The notes beneath the pieces were generated by a model. That model made no database searches, was not told where the DNA came from, and worked only from the letters and a program-made list of their open reading frames with translations. Made by a program: the position numbers and the translations under genes. Below, piece after piece: positions 26,301-39,200 of a stretch of DNA of 64,000 bases (its first letter is position 1; the number at the start of each line of letters is the position of its first letter). Origin of the DNA: Lama guanicoe (taxonomy: Eukaryota); assembly GCA_013239625.1 (NCBI GenBank), contig MU053472.1, positions 992,001-1,056,000 of the forward strand. The letters are read 5' to 3'.

Positions 26301-27439
26301 GCTTCATCTGTAAAATGGAGATAATTACTAGTAGCTGCTCTAGCAGGGTTGTTGTGAAGATTTAAGGACGTAATGCACGTGCTCTAGAAATGTTAACTAT
26401 TACAATTATAGTCTCCCTCTGAGGATCTTAACTGGACATAAAACTTGGGGGCAGGAGGCAAACTGGGGGCAGAGATAAAGAGTCCAAAAGCTTTTGCCAG
26501 AAGTCAGCAGAGAGGAGTAGAAAGAGGACTGGACTGGGAGGAAGGAGGTGTGGCTCTGCCTGCCCCCAGTTCTGTGATGGCCTCTCTCTCTGAGCCTCAG
26601 TTTCCCCATCCGTTCAAGGAGGAGGTTGGACCTCTGGGCTGGAAGTGTCTCTGATTCTAGGAATTCATGTTGGAAAGAATGAGCGAGGGCCCAGGACAAG
26701 CCCCGATCAGACGCAGTCCATGACCCAAGGTGGGACCACTCTGTATGGGGCTTTGTCTCTCTGGTAGGTTCTCTTAGGAATCTCAGGCCCCAGAGGAGAA
26801 AACTAAACCAAGAAGACCCCACAGAGCCATCACCATCACCACCACTCAGCAAAAGGCTGACTGCCTGAGGGGGACAGGGTTGGGGAGGGTGACACCCTAC
26901 CTGCTCACTTGCCACCTTGGAATCTGGTACCTGCCCCTGTCATTAGCTCCACCCTCAGCTGGATTTAATGAATCTGAGAAAAATTATGAAGTCCCATAAA
27001 GCCACAAGTATCATAAAAAGTATAATAAAATTGAGAAAAGCTATTAAGTTATAAATACAACCAATGCATGCAACATCACTCAGTCGGGGAGGAAGTCGCT
27101 ATAAAATAAAGTCATTCCACAAGTGACTAAATCTCTTAATTCACAAGGCACCGGCTTCCCTTTATGGCGCCCAACTCGATTGTCCTCGCCAGGAGTTTCT
27201 GTAACAGGAACTTTCCGTGGCAAAGACCGGAGGGTGGGAAGACAAAGAAAAAGAGCCCAGATAAACAGAGTAACAGTGAGAGGGGAGGAGAGAACCAAGA
27301 CGGCCAGGAAGACCTAGGCGGAGGCCTGGGAAGTAGGAAGCCTTGTGGGGTCCGCTCTGTGCGGTGGGGCCATCTCTAGATCCCAAATCACCCACTAGAT
27401 ACTTCGCCAAGCAGCCAAGGTGAAAGTAAAGGAGGAAAA

Positions 27440-28250
27440 AAAGAAAAGGGGGAGGAAAAAAAAGATACAGCGCGGGAGGGAAGTTTGTAGCTGGTGTTCT
27501 GGTCTGTGAGCTCCGGGGACCGCTTGATCCCGGCCGCGGCCAAGATCCCTCTCATCCTCCTGGCTCGGCAGCTCTCGGAACCAGCGCTCGCGCCCCGGGG
27601 CGCGCCCCCCCGCCCCGCCGAGAGCCACCCCCTGCGCTATGAATATTCATAGCTGTAATGAGAGCGCGCGCCCGGCGCCCATTATGGTTATTGTGCGTCC
27701 AATAAAAACAAACACGCTAATGAGCAGCTTTAATGCGGGGCGGGCGGCGCGGGTGGTGAGAACCCAACGCTCCCCTCCCGGCCCGGAGCGGGAGGGAGAT
27801 CAGGTGGGAGATCAGGAAGAGGGTGCTGGGGCGGGAAAGACACGACCCCGACCCCGCGCCCAGAGTGGGGCGAGAGGGGCAGGAGAGCGGGGGCAAAGGA
27901 GACCGAGGGGCCGGGACGAGGGGCGAGGGGCTAAAACCGAGACTCCCCGGACGCGGAGCGCGTCGAGGGAGGCCAAGCGGGTCCCTGGCGACCAGGATGC
28001 GGGCTGGTTTCACACCCGCTGAAAGAACGGGACACTCCCAATTTCGGGGAGGGAGTCTGGGCGTTGGGCAGGGACTCCTGAAACACCGGGGAGTCGGGGG
28101 TTCACAGGCCCCGCCGCCACAAGGCTGGGAAGCGGACGGGCGGGAACGCCCTGGGCGCAGCCAGGCTGGACCCACTGACTCCACGAGACCTGGCATTTTC
28201 AGAGACGCCCGGGGCCTTAAGCACCTGAGGCCTCGTCCTCCTGGGAAGGG
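27440..28250. promoter_or_regulatory. Orphan CpG island with an embedded AT-rich homeobox-motif core
   Basis: Dense CpG/CGCG surrounding 27630-27740 (palindrome, TAAT cores, CCAATAAAA). Confidence 0.7.
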
Positions 28251-28936
28251 TGGGGAGGAAAGCCAAGACAAGGGGATAGTGGAGGCGGGCTGTGTACCCA
28301 GAGGGGGGGAGTTGGCAGTGGGTTTCTGGGAGGGAAGGCAGGCCAGGTGGGGAGCAGTCGACCAAGTGACCCACTGAGTGCACTTTTCAGTAGAAAAGGG
28401 GTGAGGTAGAGGGTAGGGAGCTATATGAGCCAGCAGATCCACACCATCTAGTGATACTCCGGGCATCCCCGAAGCCAACAGCACATCCCCTTTACCAGCA
28501 GAGAAAGCTGAGGCAGCCAGAGGTTAAGGCAATGTCCACAATCACACTCCAGAAACTAGTTTAGAACCAGATGTGTGAGACTCCCAAGTTACTGAGCCTG
28601 CAGGCCTGCTTGGTTTATCCCCAGAGCTATGAAAGGGGTAGATCCCCGCCCCCCTCACCTCCCTGGATGGTCTGAGCTGGGGCTCTGGGGGCTTTTGTTT
28701 TTGCCTAGGAGTCTGAGGCCTGCTCTCCGGGAAGGTAGGAAGGAGGGTGAGAAGCACCTGTACCTCTCTCCTTAGTCCTTGGGCTTACCCTAACCTGGAC
28801 TTGGCACCCACAGTAAGTGCTGTGTTAATGTTTGTTCAAGGGATGAAAGAAGGGGGAGACTGGACACAGGGACTTGGTGTGGGAAGATGGAGAGCGAAAG
28901 AAAGATCTAGAAGAGAGATGGGGCATGAAGCCTAGA

Positions 28937-29932
28937 CCAGTGGTCTTCAAATCTAGCATGATCAGATTCAAACAGGGATTTCTTATATTCAATACACACA
29001 GAATTTTAGGGACAGAATTTTCATAGCATTATTATCATAGCCAAAAAGTGGAAACCACACAAATGTCCATCAAGTGGTGAATGGTTAAACAAAATGTAGC
29101 CTATCCATACAGTGGAATACTATTCAGCAATCAAAAGGACTGAACAGCTTTTATACTGCTTCAACATGGATGAAACTTGAAAACACTATGCTAAATGACA
29201 GAAGCCAATCACAAAGGACCACATATTATATGAGTCCATTATATGAAATCCAGAATAGGCAAATTTATTAGAGACAGAAAGTATATTAGTAGTTGCCTAG
29301 AGTTGGGGGGATAGGGGAATTTGGAAGTGACAGTTAAGGGATGTGGGGTTTCTTTTGGGGGTAATGCAAATGGGCTAAAATTGATTGTGGTGATGGTTGC
29401 CCAACTCTGGATATATTAAAAGCCACTGAACTATATACTTTAAATGGGTAAATTGTATAGTATGTGAATTATATCTCAATAAAGCTGTTAACAAAACAAA
29501 ACATTATGCTAAGTAAAAGAAGCTAGACTCAAAAGATCATCCAGAATAAGCAAATCTATAGAGACAGAAAGTAGATTAGTGGTTGCCTAGGGCTGGGGGT
29601 GGGGGTGGGGTGGGGAAAGGATTAACTGTAAACAGACATCAGGAGTCTTACTGGGGTGATAGAAATGTCCTATAACTGGGTTGTGGTGATGGTTGCACAA
29701 CTCGATAAATTTACTAAAAAATCATTGAATAGCATGCTTTAAAAGGGTGAGTTTTATGGTATGTGAATTATACCCCAATAAAGTTGTTTTTTAAGAACAC
29801 AGATTGCTGGATCCTACCCGCAGAGTTTCTGATTCAGTAGGTCTGGGATGGCTGGAGAATCTGAATTATACCGAGTTTCCTGGTGACGCTGATACTGCTG
29901 ACCAGGGGACCACAGTGGGAGAACCAGTGGTC
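28937..29932. mobile_element. MER5A-like hAT DNA transposon split by the L1 insertions
   Basis: Left end cagtggtcttcaaa at 28938; right part cagattgctgg...cagagtttctgattcagtaggtctggga...ggggaccaca..gagaaccagtg. Confidence 0.75.
29000..29792 (+). mobile_element. Two stacked old L1 3' ends
   Basis: catagcattattatcatagccaaaaagtggaaa...; the block ccagaata.gcaaat...tgtgaattata...caataaag occurs twice (~29249-29490, ~29540-29790). Confidence 0.88.
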
Positions 29933-31634
29933 TACAGAGGTGAAAGGCCAAAGCCAAGAAAGGGAGGGGCCTGTTACACACATGCACACACACACACACA
30001 CACTCTTCCAGCTGCAGCTCTCCACACCCACCCACCCAGGGTGTGATAGTGCCACCCCAGCGGATAACCGGATAACCGGGAGGGGCTGTAATGGGCGGCC
30101 GAAGCCCGCTGCTCCCCGCGCCTGGCAGACATTCCCTGGCCCAGACAGCAGCAGAGTTAATTTCAAGGCAGTCTCTCCACCATCAACCGAAATTGGCAGC
30201 GTAAATGGGAACCGCTCTTTATTTGCCACTTACCTCTGTCTTGTTCCGCTTAAATACTGAGAGGAAACCGGAGCCATTAGGGTCAGAAGAAAATTACAAA
30301 CACGCAGCGTCGCTGTGGGTGGGTGAAAATGATATTAGAGACTGGGGGCTGGGGGGGGGCGCATAGGAAAAAAATAAATAGAGGAAGGAGGAGGGGGAGA
30401 GGAGGGAAAACTGGCTTGCACCAACAGAGCATGAAATAAAATAAAATTAAATAAAGATCTGTTTGATGGGTGGGGAATCTTCGTCCCAGGAAATATGGGT
30501 GGAGTTTGGGGGAGGGGAGAGTTCTGGAGTTGTTTGTAAAACCCGACCAAGGAGATTAAATTCTGATTTCTGTTTTCTGGCCTGATTAGCACAGTTTAGA
30601 CTGATTCTTTTTCTCTGGGTCACCGGGAAACGGGCCCAGAGAGGGGACAAAAGCCAAAAGCAAACATTGTCCCCACCCTGGGGTTATCTCCCACACCTCC
30701 GTGGTCTTGGAGCGCCCCTCCTTCTAGGGGCTTCACACCCAGAGATGGCCCCCTTCTCCCTGACCGACCTCCCTCCCTCCCCACACACACACACCCCAGC
30801 GGCATTAATTGGAGGCAAGAGCAGTACCACATTTATTACCTCCCCTCCTGCTCCACACTAAATCTTGTGGCAATGCTTCTAAAAGTCAATAAAACGAGAA
30901 GGAAGATGCGATAAAATTAAGGTGGAAAGTGCGATGGGGAGAGGAAATGGGAATCTTCTTTTTAATTTAGCTTTAATTTTAATTTTTTGTCACCTCTCCA
31001 AACAGCCCGTGTGCTGCTGTGGTAGAGAGGGGGCTGGGGGAGGGGCTGGCCTGGCTTTTTAAAACTGGAGAAGGCTACACACTGGGCTGGTTCTTGGAGG
31101 AGAAGGGTCCACATCTTGTGGGAGACCCAGCTGAGGGGTGGGGGAGCTGCCTGCCAAAATCCTATCCAGGAGTCACTCTCTTCTTTGTGCTCTCAGAGCA
31201 CGTTGTCCAGACCTAAGGGCTTCCTGGAGCTGACTCTGCACCCCCTGAGAGCAGGAACTAGCTCTCCGTCATTTTCTTCATCTTTTCACCCAGTGCCTGA
31301 CACAGACCAGGAGCAGCAGTAGTGATGGTGACTGACAACGATGATGATGATGATGATAGCTGGGCGTTACTGAGCACTGACTATGTTCCAGGCACTGTTC
31401 GAAGCACAATGTTCATTTACAGTTTCATTCCAGTCCTCCCATCAACACTGTGAGATCGGTACCATTATAATAGCCCCATTCGACAAATAAGGAGGTTGAG
31501 GACAGAGCGGTGAAGCACCTTAACCGATGGTCCCAGGGCTTGTTGGTAGCAGGAGTGCTATTTAGGAAAACAGATGTGGATAATTCTCATTTATCAAGTG
31601 GGTGAATAAATGAGTGAATGAAAATTGCGGAAAA

Positions 31635-31846
31635 GGCAGGAGGGTATAGCTCAGTGGTAGAGTGCATGCTTCAGCATGCATGAGGTTGGGGGTTCAACTC
31701 CCAGTTACCCCCATTTTAAAAAATGTTTAAAGAAATAAATAAATAAAACCTAATTACCTCCTCCATAAATAAAATTTTAAAACTCATCTTAAAAAATAAT
31801 GTAAATGTAATATTAGAAAATAATAATAAAATTAAATTAAAAAAAT
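31635..31846 (+). mobile_element. tRNA-Ala-derived SINE (vic-1-like) with long AT-rich tail
   Basis: GGAGGGTATAGCTCAGTGGTAGAGTGCATGCTTCAGCATGCATGAGG..., tail motif aaacctaattacc; TSD aaaattgcggaa / aaaattgcagaa. Confidence 0.9.
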
Positions 31847-32919
31847 AAAATTGCAGAAGAATACTAAGCAATGAAGATGGAAGTGCCAGTGGTGCTCCCA
31901 ACCCTGCCCCAACACTCAGCCCATGAACACTGAGGGTGCCCAGCAAGGCAGAGGCAGAGGCAGCCGGCCTCAGAGCTCTGTGAGGCTGAGGCTTCTTGGT
32001 GTTGTTGGGAAAGCCCTTGAGGTAGGACTGACATCAGCTGTCTCCTGATTGGCTTTCCATTTTTAGGAAGGGGGAGCTAACCCTCAATCCCTCATCTCTA
32101 TCAAACCAGAAGGTGTTCTCTCCACAGAGGTACCAACCATGAGACAGAGGTTCCTGTGGCTCCAGCTGTAACCTCTTCCCAAGAACAAGGCCCCAAGGCA
32201 GCAGCACAATTGCCCCTCCCGCGCCCTGGCACCAGCTCGGGGTCCCGAAGTCCCACTGCAGGACCCGGCATGGCCTCTCAGAGGAAGCCGGAGTTCACTG
32301 GAAGCTCTGAGGGCCCTTGAGACTGCAGGTGCAGCTCCGCAGCTTACACACAGGAAAGTCAGTCCCAAAGGTGGTCCACACAGGTGGTCCCCTCTCTATA
32401 CCGGGAGGTTCGCTACGTCTCTTTCCATTTGATGGGAGCCCCAGAGCCAACATTCCTCCACGTGGTAAGTGGACTTGTGTCTCAGGGCTTGGTGATAGCC
32501 CTTAAGGAGGTGGCAAGAGGTAGGAGCTGTTTCCTCTACATACAGATGGGGAAATTGAGACTCAGAAGGGTTCAAAATGTCTCCGGGACCACGGACTAAT
32601 GTATGCATCAATGCCCAATGAGGATTCTGGCTATTGTCTGTCCTCAACTGAGTGTGAAAAAAATCTTTGTTTCCAGAAGACACTTTCCTCCATCAAGTTC
32701 AAGTTCTAAGGCAGCCCAGACTCCCTCCTAGCCCCACTCCCAAATCCACAGGGCTCACTGAGCTCCCCCGCCCCACCCCAGCATCACCGTCCCAAAGTCC
32801 TGAAGACCTCCAGCCTCTCCAACTGGAGGAGGCAGGAAAGGATAAACTTCTTGTTTAATGGGTTCCCCTTTGCCCAAAATACTGGTTGCCTCATGAAATA
32901 AGCATCTTCTTAAAGACTA

Positions 32920-33175
32920 TTTAATGGCATGGAGAAGGGTGCAGGAAATACTTGTAAGTTTAAAACAAAAAAAGCAAATTACCAAACATCATGCAGAGTA
33001 TAATCCTAATTATTTTGTTTTGTTTTCAGTATTGTTTATGGCTATAATTGTGTACACATAGAAGACTAGAAGGATGTACACCAAAATATTTATAGTGGTT
33101 TTATTTCCTTCCTTAAGATTTCTGTATTTTCCAAATTTTTTGCTGGGAACATGCGTCACTTTATAACTGCATAAA
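32920..33175 (+). mobile_element. Ancient L1 (L1ME-like) 3' fragment
   Basis: gaagactagaaggatgtacaccaaaatattta..gtggtt...ttctgtattttccaaattttt...tcactttataa. Confidence 0.6.
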
Positions 33176-33331
33176 AGAAAATTATCAAAAAAAAAAAGAA
33201 AATTATCAGTGAATTTAAAAATTTGCCTTATTGAGTTCAATTTTTGAAAATATTGATACCCTTCTAGCTTGCTAGCTTTGTGGTCTCATAAGCAGCTGCC
33301 AAGAACAGATCACATGTGAGTGTGAGAGAGA

Positions 33332-33369
33332 GTGTGTGTGTGTGTGTGTGTGTATGTGTGTGTGTGTGT
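33332..33369. repeat. (TG)n microsatellite
   Basis: About 19 TG units with one TA interruption. Confidence 0.95.
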
Positions 33370-34029
33370 TGGTGGGGGGCCCCCAACTCCCTCACATCCT
33401 CTCCCAGTGACTGCTGTTCATCATAACCAGGACAATTAACCATCCCTTATTATTCACACGTCATGATTACTAATCACCCTTATTAATATCCATGCTTTGC
33501 AAAACCAGGAGGCAGCTTGGCTCCGATGCTTGGAGCGCCACAGGGATCCAGTCCTGACCCCAGGCACGGCCCTTTCTGCGCCTTCACCTCCCGCTGAAAT
33601 GGGAAGGTCTGCCCCTTCCTCATCCCTCCGCAGGGACTGCTTCCCTCCTTTGCCAACTTCTAAGAGCCTCACACCCCTGGAGGGCCATCTAAGTTTCCAA
33701 ACCCATTCACCACCTGAACCACCAACCTCCCTTCCACTGGAACTGAAAGAAGGGTCCCTTCCTGTAGTTGATCCCTTTTCTCCCACTTTGCTCATGAAAT
33801 GCAGGCTCTACCCCAAACAGACGTGTTATGGCTAAAAACTGAACTTTATGGTTATACCACTTAACCACACTCAGTCTCTAAATCTTGCTGCCTGTTTTGC
33901 GAAACACATCAGCAGTTCCGTGTTCAGCCGGCTATTGGTGACCTTGGCCATCTGGCTACTGTTAAGTTCCCTGGCCAATGTTTGAGGCAGATTTATACTC
34001 TGAGTCATTCCAGCCTTTGGTTGGTTGTT

Positions 34030-34192
34030 TTGTTTTGTTTTTACTGAAGTATAGTCGGTTTACAATGTTGTGTTAATTTCTGGTGTCCAGCATAGTGATG
34101 CAGTTATACACATATTCCTTTTCATATTCTTTGCATTCATTATTGGCTATTGAATATAGTTCCCTGTGCTATGCAGTAGGACCTTGCTGTTT
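34030..34192 (-). mobile_element. Short L1 3'UTR fragment
   Basis: Reverse complement of the same 3'UTR (ttgaatatagttccctgtgctat...); TSD-like agcctttggttggt / agcccttggtggt. Confidence 0.85.
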
Positions 34193-35082
34193 AAGCCCTT
34201 GGTGGTAGCCATGTAGTGGTGAAGTGGGTCCAGGCCATGCCATGTATGCACACACAGAATCAACACTGAACCAATATGCTGGCTCCTAAAGGGGCGGTGT
34301 AACCTCTTATGGATGGAGGTGAGTCCAAATGAGCCACAAGAGGTGGCTGCATCCTTCCCTGTGTCAATCATGCTCTGGGTCAAGACACCAAGGACTGATT
34401 TCTATGACCCCGGCTGGGAGGCAGAGCCCTGGGTGCCCCCTAGAACCTACTCATGGAACATCCCGGAGGTGAAGACGACAACGGAAGTAATCTGAGCATC
34501 ATACCCACAGCAGCTGCATTTGTTACCGTGAGAAGTCAGACACCCTCCCATACCCAACCACGAGGGAGTGACCACACAAAGCGACGACCCATCAACGTGA
34601 TGGGACACCATTCAAATGACAAGACAGGGGCTCTGCCACCCTGAAAATGTCTATGAGTGGATGTTAGGTGAAAGCAGGAAACTCAGAGGGCATGCAGCCC
34701 CTGGGGAGAGAGCCCTGCGTGAGAACAGGGGAGAAGTGGGTTCAAATCCAGCCTCAGAAGTAATGCTGTTCACGAACCTCTGTTGTTCCATTTGTCAAAG
34801 GCAATCAAAGCCCCTGCTCCCTCCCAGTGCTGCGGGGGAGGAGAGGGTGCTAAATCTGGTCCCAAAGCTCCAGATTTTTCAGGTAACAAAAAAAGATACC
34901 CCTGAAGGCAGTAAAAATCCAGAAAGAACTGACGAGAATGTGAATGTTTAGAAATTAAAGTTCTTTAGATCCTTTTTGGAGTAAGTCCATTTAAGAAAAA
35001 AGACAGGATATGGGAGGAGGGGTTCCAGAGTTTTAAAGATTCCCCTGGAGATGGGGTGGCCCAGCAAGGATGCACGAGGCTG

Positions 35083-35185
35083 GAGGGGAGGCGGGCAGTA
35101 GTTTAGCTCCGCAGAGCACCTGCCTAGCATGCACGAGGTCCTGGGTTCCATCCCCAGTACCTCCATTAAAAAAAATAATAAATAA
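35083..35185 (+). mobile_element. tRNA-Ala-derived SINE (vic-1-like)
   Basis: ...CCTAGCATGCACGAGGTCCTGGGTTCCATCCCCAGTACCTCCA plus A-rich tail; flanked by aaggatg on both sides. Confidence 0.85.
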
Positions 35186-36127
35186 AGGATGGGCTGCGCT
35201 CTGGAAGACAGGAGAGAGAGAGATAAATGTGGGCTCTCCACCCACCCCCGGGCCCCCAAAGAGGACCAAAGTCACATTCAGTGGCTAGAGGTGAGAAATC
35301 CCAAGCTCCATCTAAAATGAGAAGGAATAAAAATCATCCCCCACCGGATGCAGCTCTGTGGAAGCACAGAGGAGCCCAAGGAGTCACCTGCGAGAGGAGG
35401 GGGAGCAAGGGGCAGAGAGAGTGAGGGAGCTAGAGCCGGAGCAGGGAGGGAAAAGGGCCGAAGTGTCTCCTCTCCTAGTAGCCCGTGTTCTGCCTCCTGC
35501 CTGCTGTTGGGTAGGGACGGGCTCTGCCAGCACTGCTCTAGGAACCAGAAATGAAAAAGCAGTTCTGCCAGCTGGCTCCCTCCTCCTTCTTCTTCCATCT
35601 CTGCTGCTCAAACACCATCTCCTTCCTTGGGTCTCAGGCTGAAGAATGAAGAGGGCCGTGAGCCCGGTTTAATGTTCATCACTTGGCCTGAGTATTTCCC
35701 GCAAAGAACAGAATCCTCCCTGATGTGTATCTGCCCTGGGGGCCCAAGGACGAAACGTGGCCGCAGACGGATACCTCTGACACAGGGCTGTCCCTCCTTA
35801 GTATCTGAGGACAGTTTGGGGCCACCTGTCCCCACCAATCCTCCTCCTGCCCCATCTTCTTTCTTCGAGGAGTGGGAATGGAGTTAAGGGCACAGTGTGA
35901 AGCTGAGGGAGTGGAGGAGAAGAGATAAGGGGGACATTTTCCTTCACTGATATTTTTTTAAGCCTCCATTCTTGAGGGAAAGGAAAGAGGAGGCAGGTCA
36001 CCTTGAGGTCACCTGGAGGTAAATCACCTCCAGGGATTTGACAGAACATTTTAGGAAGTATCCAAATCATTCAGCCTCCTACTCTTTTCCCAGTGCATCC
36101 CACTTTGGTTTTAATAATCTGGAATTC

Positions 36128-36265
36128 TGGTATAGGTCAGTGGTAGAGTGTGTGCTTAGCATGCACAAGGTCCTGGGGTTCGATCCCCAGTGCCTCTGTT
36201 AAAAATAAATAAACCTAATCACCCCCTACCCCCAAAATAAATAAATCCTTGCTAAAAAAAAATAA
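36128..36265 (+). mobile_element. tRNA-Ala-derived SINE (vic-1-like)
   Basis: GGTATAGGTCAGTGGTAGAGTGTGTGCTTAGCATGCACAAGGTCCTGGGGTTCGATCCCCAG plus tail aaacctaatcacc; TSD-like taataatctggaatt / taataatccaggaatt. Confidence 0.88.
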
Positions 36266-39200
36266 TAATAATCCAGGAATTTGGGACAACTCCCTTTCAG
36301 CTCTGTCTCACTCTAGGAAAGCAGCCTATTTGCAGTTTGGAGGATGTGCCCCAGCTTTTCCACCTCCAGGCCTCTGCCCGTGCTCATCCCTCCCAGCAGG
36401 CACCCCTGTCCCTTCTCCATCAGTCAGTTTAATAGCACTCCCTCCTTCACAAGGCCAGGCGATCTCCCAACCAGAAAAGCCCTTTTTCTTCTCTGCTATC
36501 CGGGAAAGGAAATACTCTCTGGGATTTTCTGCTCACACCCTATCCCCCAAATGAATGCCATCTTGCTTGTTTCCCGTGATGCCTTTCACCTAATCAATCA
36601 ATCAATGAGCTAAGAAAAATAATTGGGGTGGGGGATGGGAGGCCACAAGATTGCCCAAATCCAGGTTAACCGAACCCATCAACGAAGCTTGGATTTATAG
36701 TCTGAGGCACATTACTCAGGTTACCCCAGGAAAGTTGCATCTCCACCCAACAGAGTAGACCCTACTGCCATCCTGCCTTGCCCAGGACACTTCTAGCTGG
36801 TCAAGGACTGGAAGCCAGGCTGGATGACCCCAACACCCACGTTCTTCCTACTCTACCCCATTGCCTCTTACAGCTCTTTTCCTGCTCCCAATCCTAATTC
36901 TCCCAGGTGAGATTCCTCTCCTGGTCCTTTCTGGAGGCCCCATCCAAGCTGATCCCTGAATAGCTCCACCACTCAGCCAGCTGTGGGCAGGCGAGTAGGT
37001 GGGGGTTGGGGAGCCCTGGCATGCTAATGAAACTAAAGGAAGTGACCAGGCACCTTCTCCTCATGGGCACAGACATCAAAGACTTCTGGGATGGGGCCCC
37101 ACTGTAGTATTTACCCCCGGATCATTCTGCAGCTGGGCAGCAGGAACTGGGCCTGGAGTGGGAGGCTGGTGGGGGAGGGGTGTTCGAGTGCTCACAGGAG
37201 GGAGTGAGGACCCCCTGACCTTGGCAGACAGCCCTGCCAGCTCCCAGCGCAGAGCTGGGGTGGGGAGAAGGGTTGATCCCAACTCAATCTCTGAGATTTA
37301 CTTCCTGACTTCCCTAAGCCTTTGGAGAAACATTGCAATTTTCAGCCTGGTCCTCATCTCCATATCTCCGCCAGCGCCTCGGTTCCAGCCCCAAGGGATC
37401 AGATGTCCTCACAGGAACTGCCAGGGCACCACTCGTCCATCTGATGGCTCACCTGGGCTCAGGCGGCCTGCAGGATAGAGGGAGCACAAAGGCTGGGGTC
37501 TCTGATACACACCTCCACACACACACGTTTAAATTGGCCCTGCCCCACAGATAATCTTAATTGATTTAAACCTCATAACAGGGTCCTGTGAGGTGTGCAG
37601 GGCAGATGTTATGAATCCATTTCTTAGATGAGGAACCCAAGGTTTGCAGAAGGTGAGCGAGTTAGTCAAGGTCACACTCTCCAGAGCAAGCGCCCATGAT
37701 TATACTGACAGACCCACAGCCGTTCACGTCCACTCAGTGCCAGGCCCGGCACCCAGCACCTGCCAGGCCTCTAACGTTCACACAGGCCCATGGCGAGGCG
37801 GGGAGAGGGGAACATTATCATTATCCCCATTTCACAGATGATGAAACAGGCCTTTAGAGCTGTTAGGCGATTTGAGGAATCCACCTAGAGCCAAGCCTCA
37901 AGCAGCCTGACTTCACCGACCTCCCCCACGTGGGTTCCCCGAACCCCCAGCACCTGTGACAGTGCGTGGCCCACTAAGGTGCTCACTGAACACATGCAGC
38001 ACGTTTATTGACTAAGTCTGCCCCCACTGCCCGTGACCTTGGCTTCTCCTCTAGGACCATCTTTGCCCTTCTCTCTTCTTGCACGTCTCCAGCCAGACAT
38101 TTGACGTGTCTCCCCCAGGAGTCCAGGGTCACAGAATCCCCCAGGTCCCCCCAAGGAGGCTGGGAAGTCAACCTGCCACCTCACTTCCCACACCTACCAG
38201 CTTTCAGGGATTTGTGGGCCCCCCTTGCCTCAGTCTCCCTACCTGTGCCAAAGGTGGGGGCAGACTGCTGGAAAAGAGGCCCCTCAAATTCCTTCTACCC
38301 CCAAGGCTGTGCTGGGGACCCCTTCCTCTCTCGATCCCACAGAGCCCCCGACAAGCAGAGAGGGGCCCGCGAGGGGAGGGACTCAGGACAGCTCTGCCGA
38401 GCCGTCAGGCCCAGCTCCAAGGGGTACATATCTAAGCAGGGAAAATGCTAAAATCTGAGCGCAGGTGTCTCTCGGGGATGGCTCCCCACAGAGTGAGGCT
38501 TGAAGGCCCCTTTGGAACACTGCCCACTCCAGCTGCCCCCACCCCCAGGCGTTGTTAATCAGCCAACATCACTGAGAATTTACTGGGCCTGCAGGCAAAG
38601 AAGAGATACAAGATGCTGCTTCTGCAAACTGACAGCCAAGAGAGACGCCTCCCCTGGGCGCCCCCAGTGCCTGTGTGTCACAATCTTGGTTAAGCTTCCC
38701 AACAACACTGAGAATTATGCCCATGTCACAAAGAATGAAGCGGAGGTCCGAGGGACCTGCTCCCCGTCACATGGTTAGGACACAGCTAAACAGGGACAAG
38801 AATTCATGTCGTGTGCCTGCATCTTGCCCTGAGAACAAAGCTGTTCCCCCACCAATACCTCCCAAAGCTTTATTTAATAGAGGCTGGAGGCCTCCTCTTC
38901 TCCAGCCTCTTACCTGCCCTGAGGTACCAGGGCAGGTAAGGTGGGCAGACCCTGCCTCCAGGTGGGCCCTGAGTTTAGAACCTGGGCTTCAGTGGTCAAT
39001 GACAGGAAGCCCGGCTCAGGGTCACCCACACACCCCTGGGCTACTCCAGCCTCATCCCAGACCTCCACCCCGAGACACAGCACCTCTGCCCCTCCCACTG
39101 CCCCTGTTTCAGTCCCCACCGCCTGGGGCCCAGTGGAGGACCAGGAGTCACGAGTGGGAGGAATGATGCTCCTGACCCCTAGCCTGGCTGCCGCCATCTC

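Noticed and set aside
27717..28484. 255-aa minus-strand ORF and overlapping ORFs in the CpG island
   Set aside because: Low-complexity P/R/G/S/L composition, open in several frames as expected for stop-poor GC-rich DNA; no recognisable domain.
29590..29616. G-quadruplex-forming G-runs
   Set aside because: Lies in the G-rich tract of an L1 3'UTR; G-runs are common throughout this GC-rich window.
31638..31713. Apparent tRNA-Ala gene (also 36128-36200 and other copies)
   Set aside because: Broken stems, A-rich tails and TSDs show these are SINE copies, not functional tRNAs.
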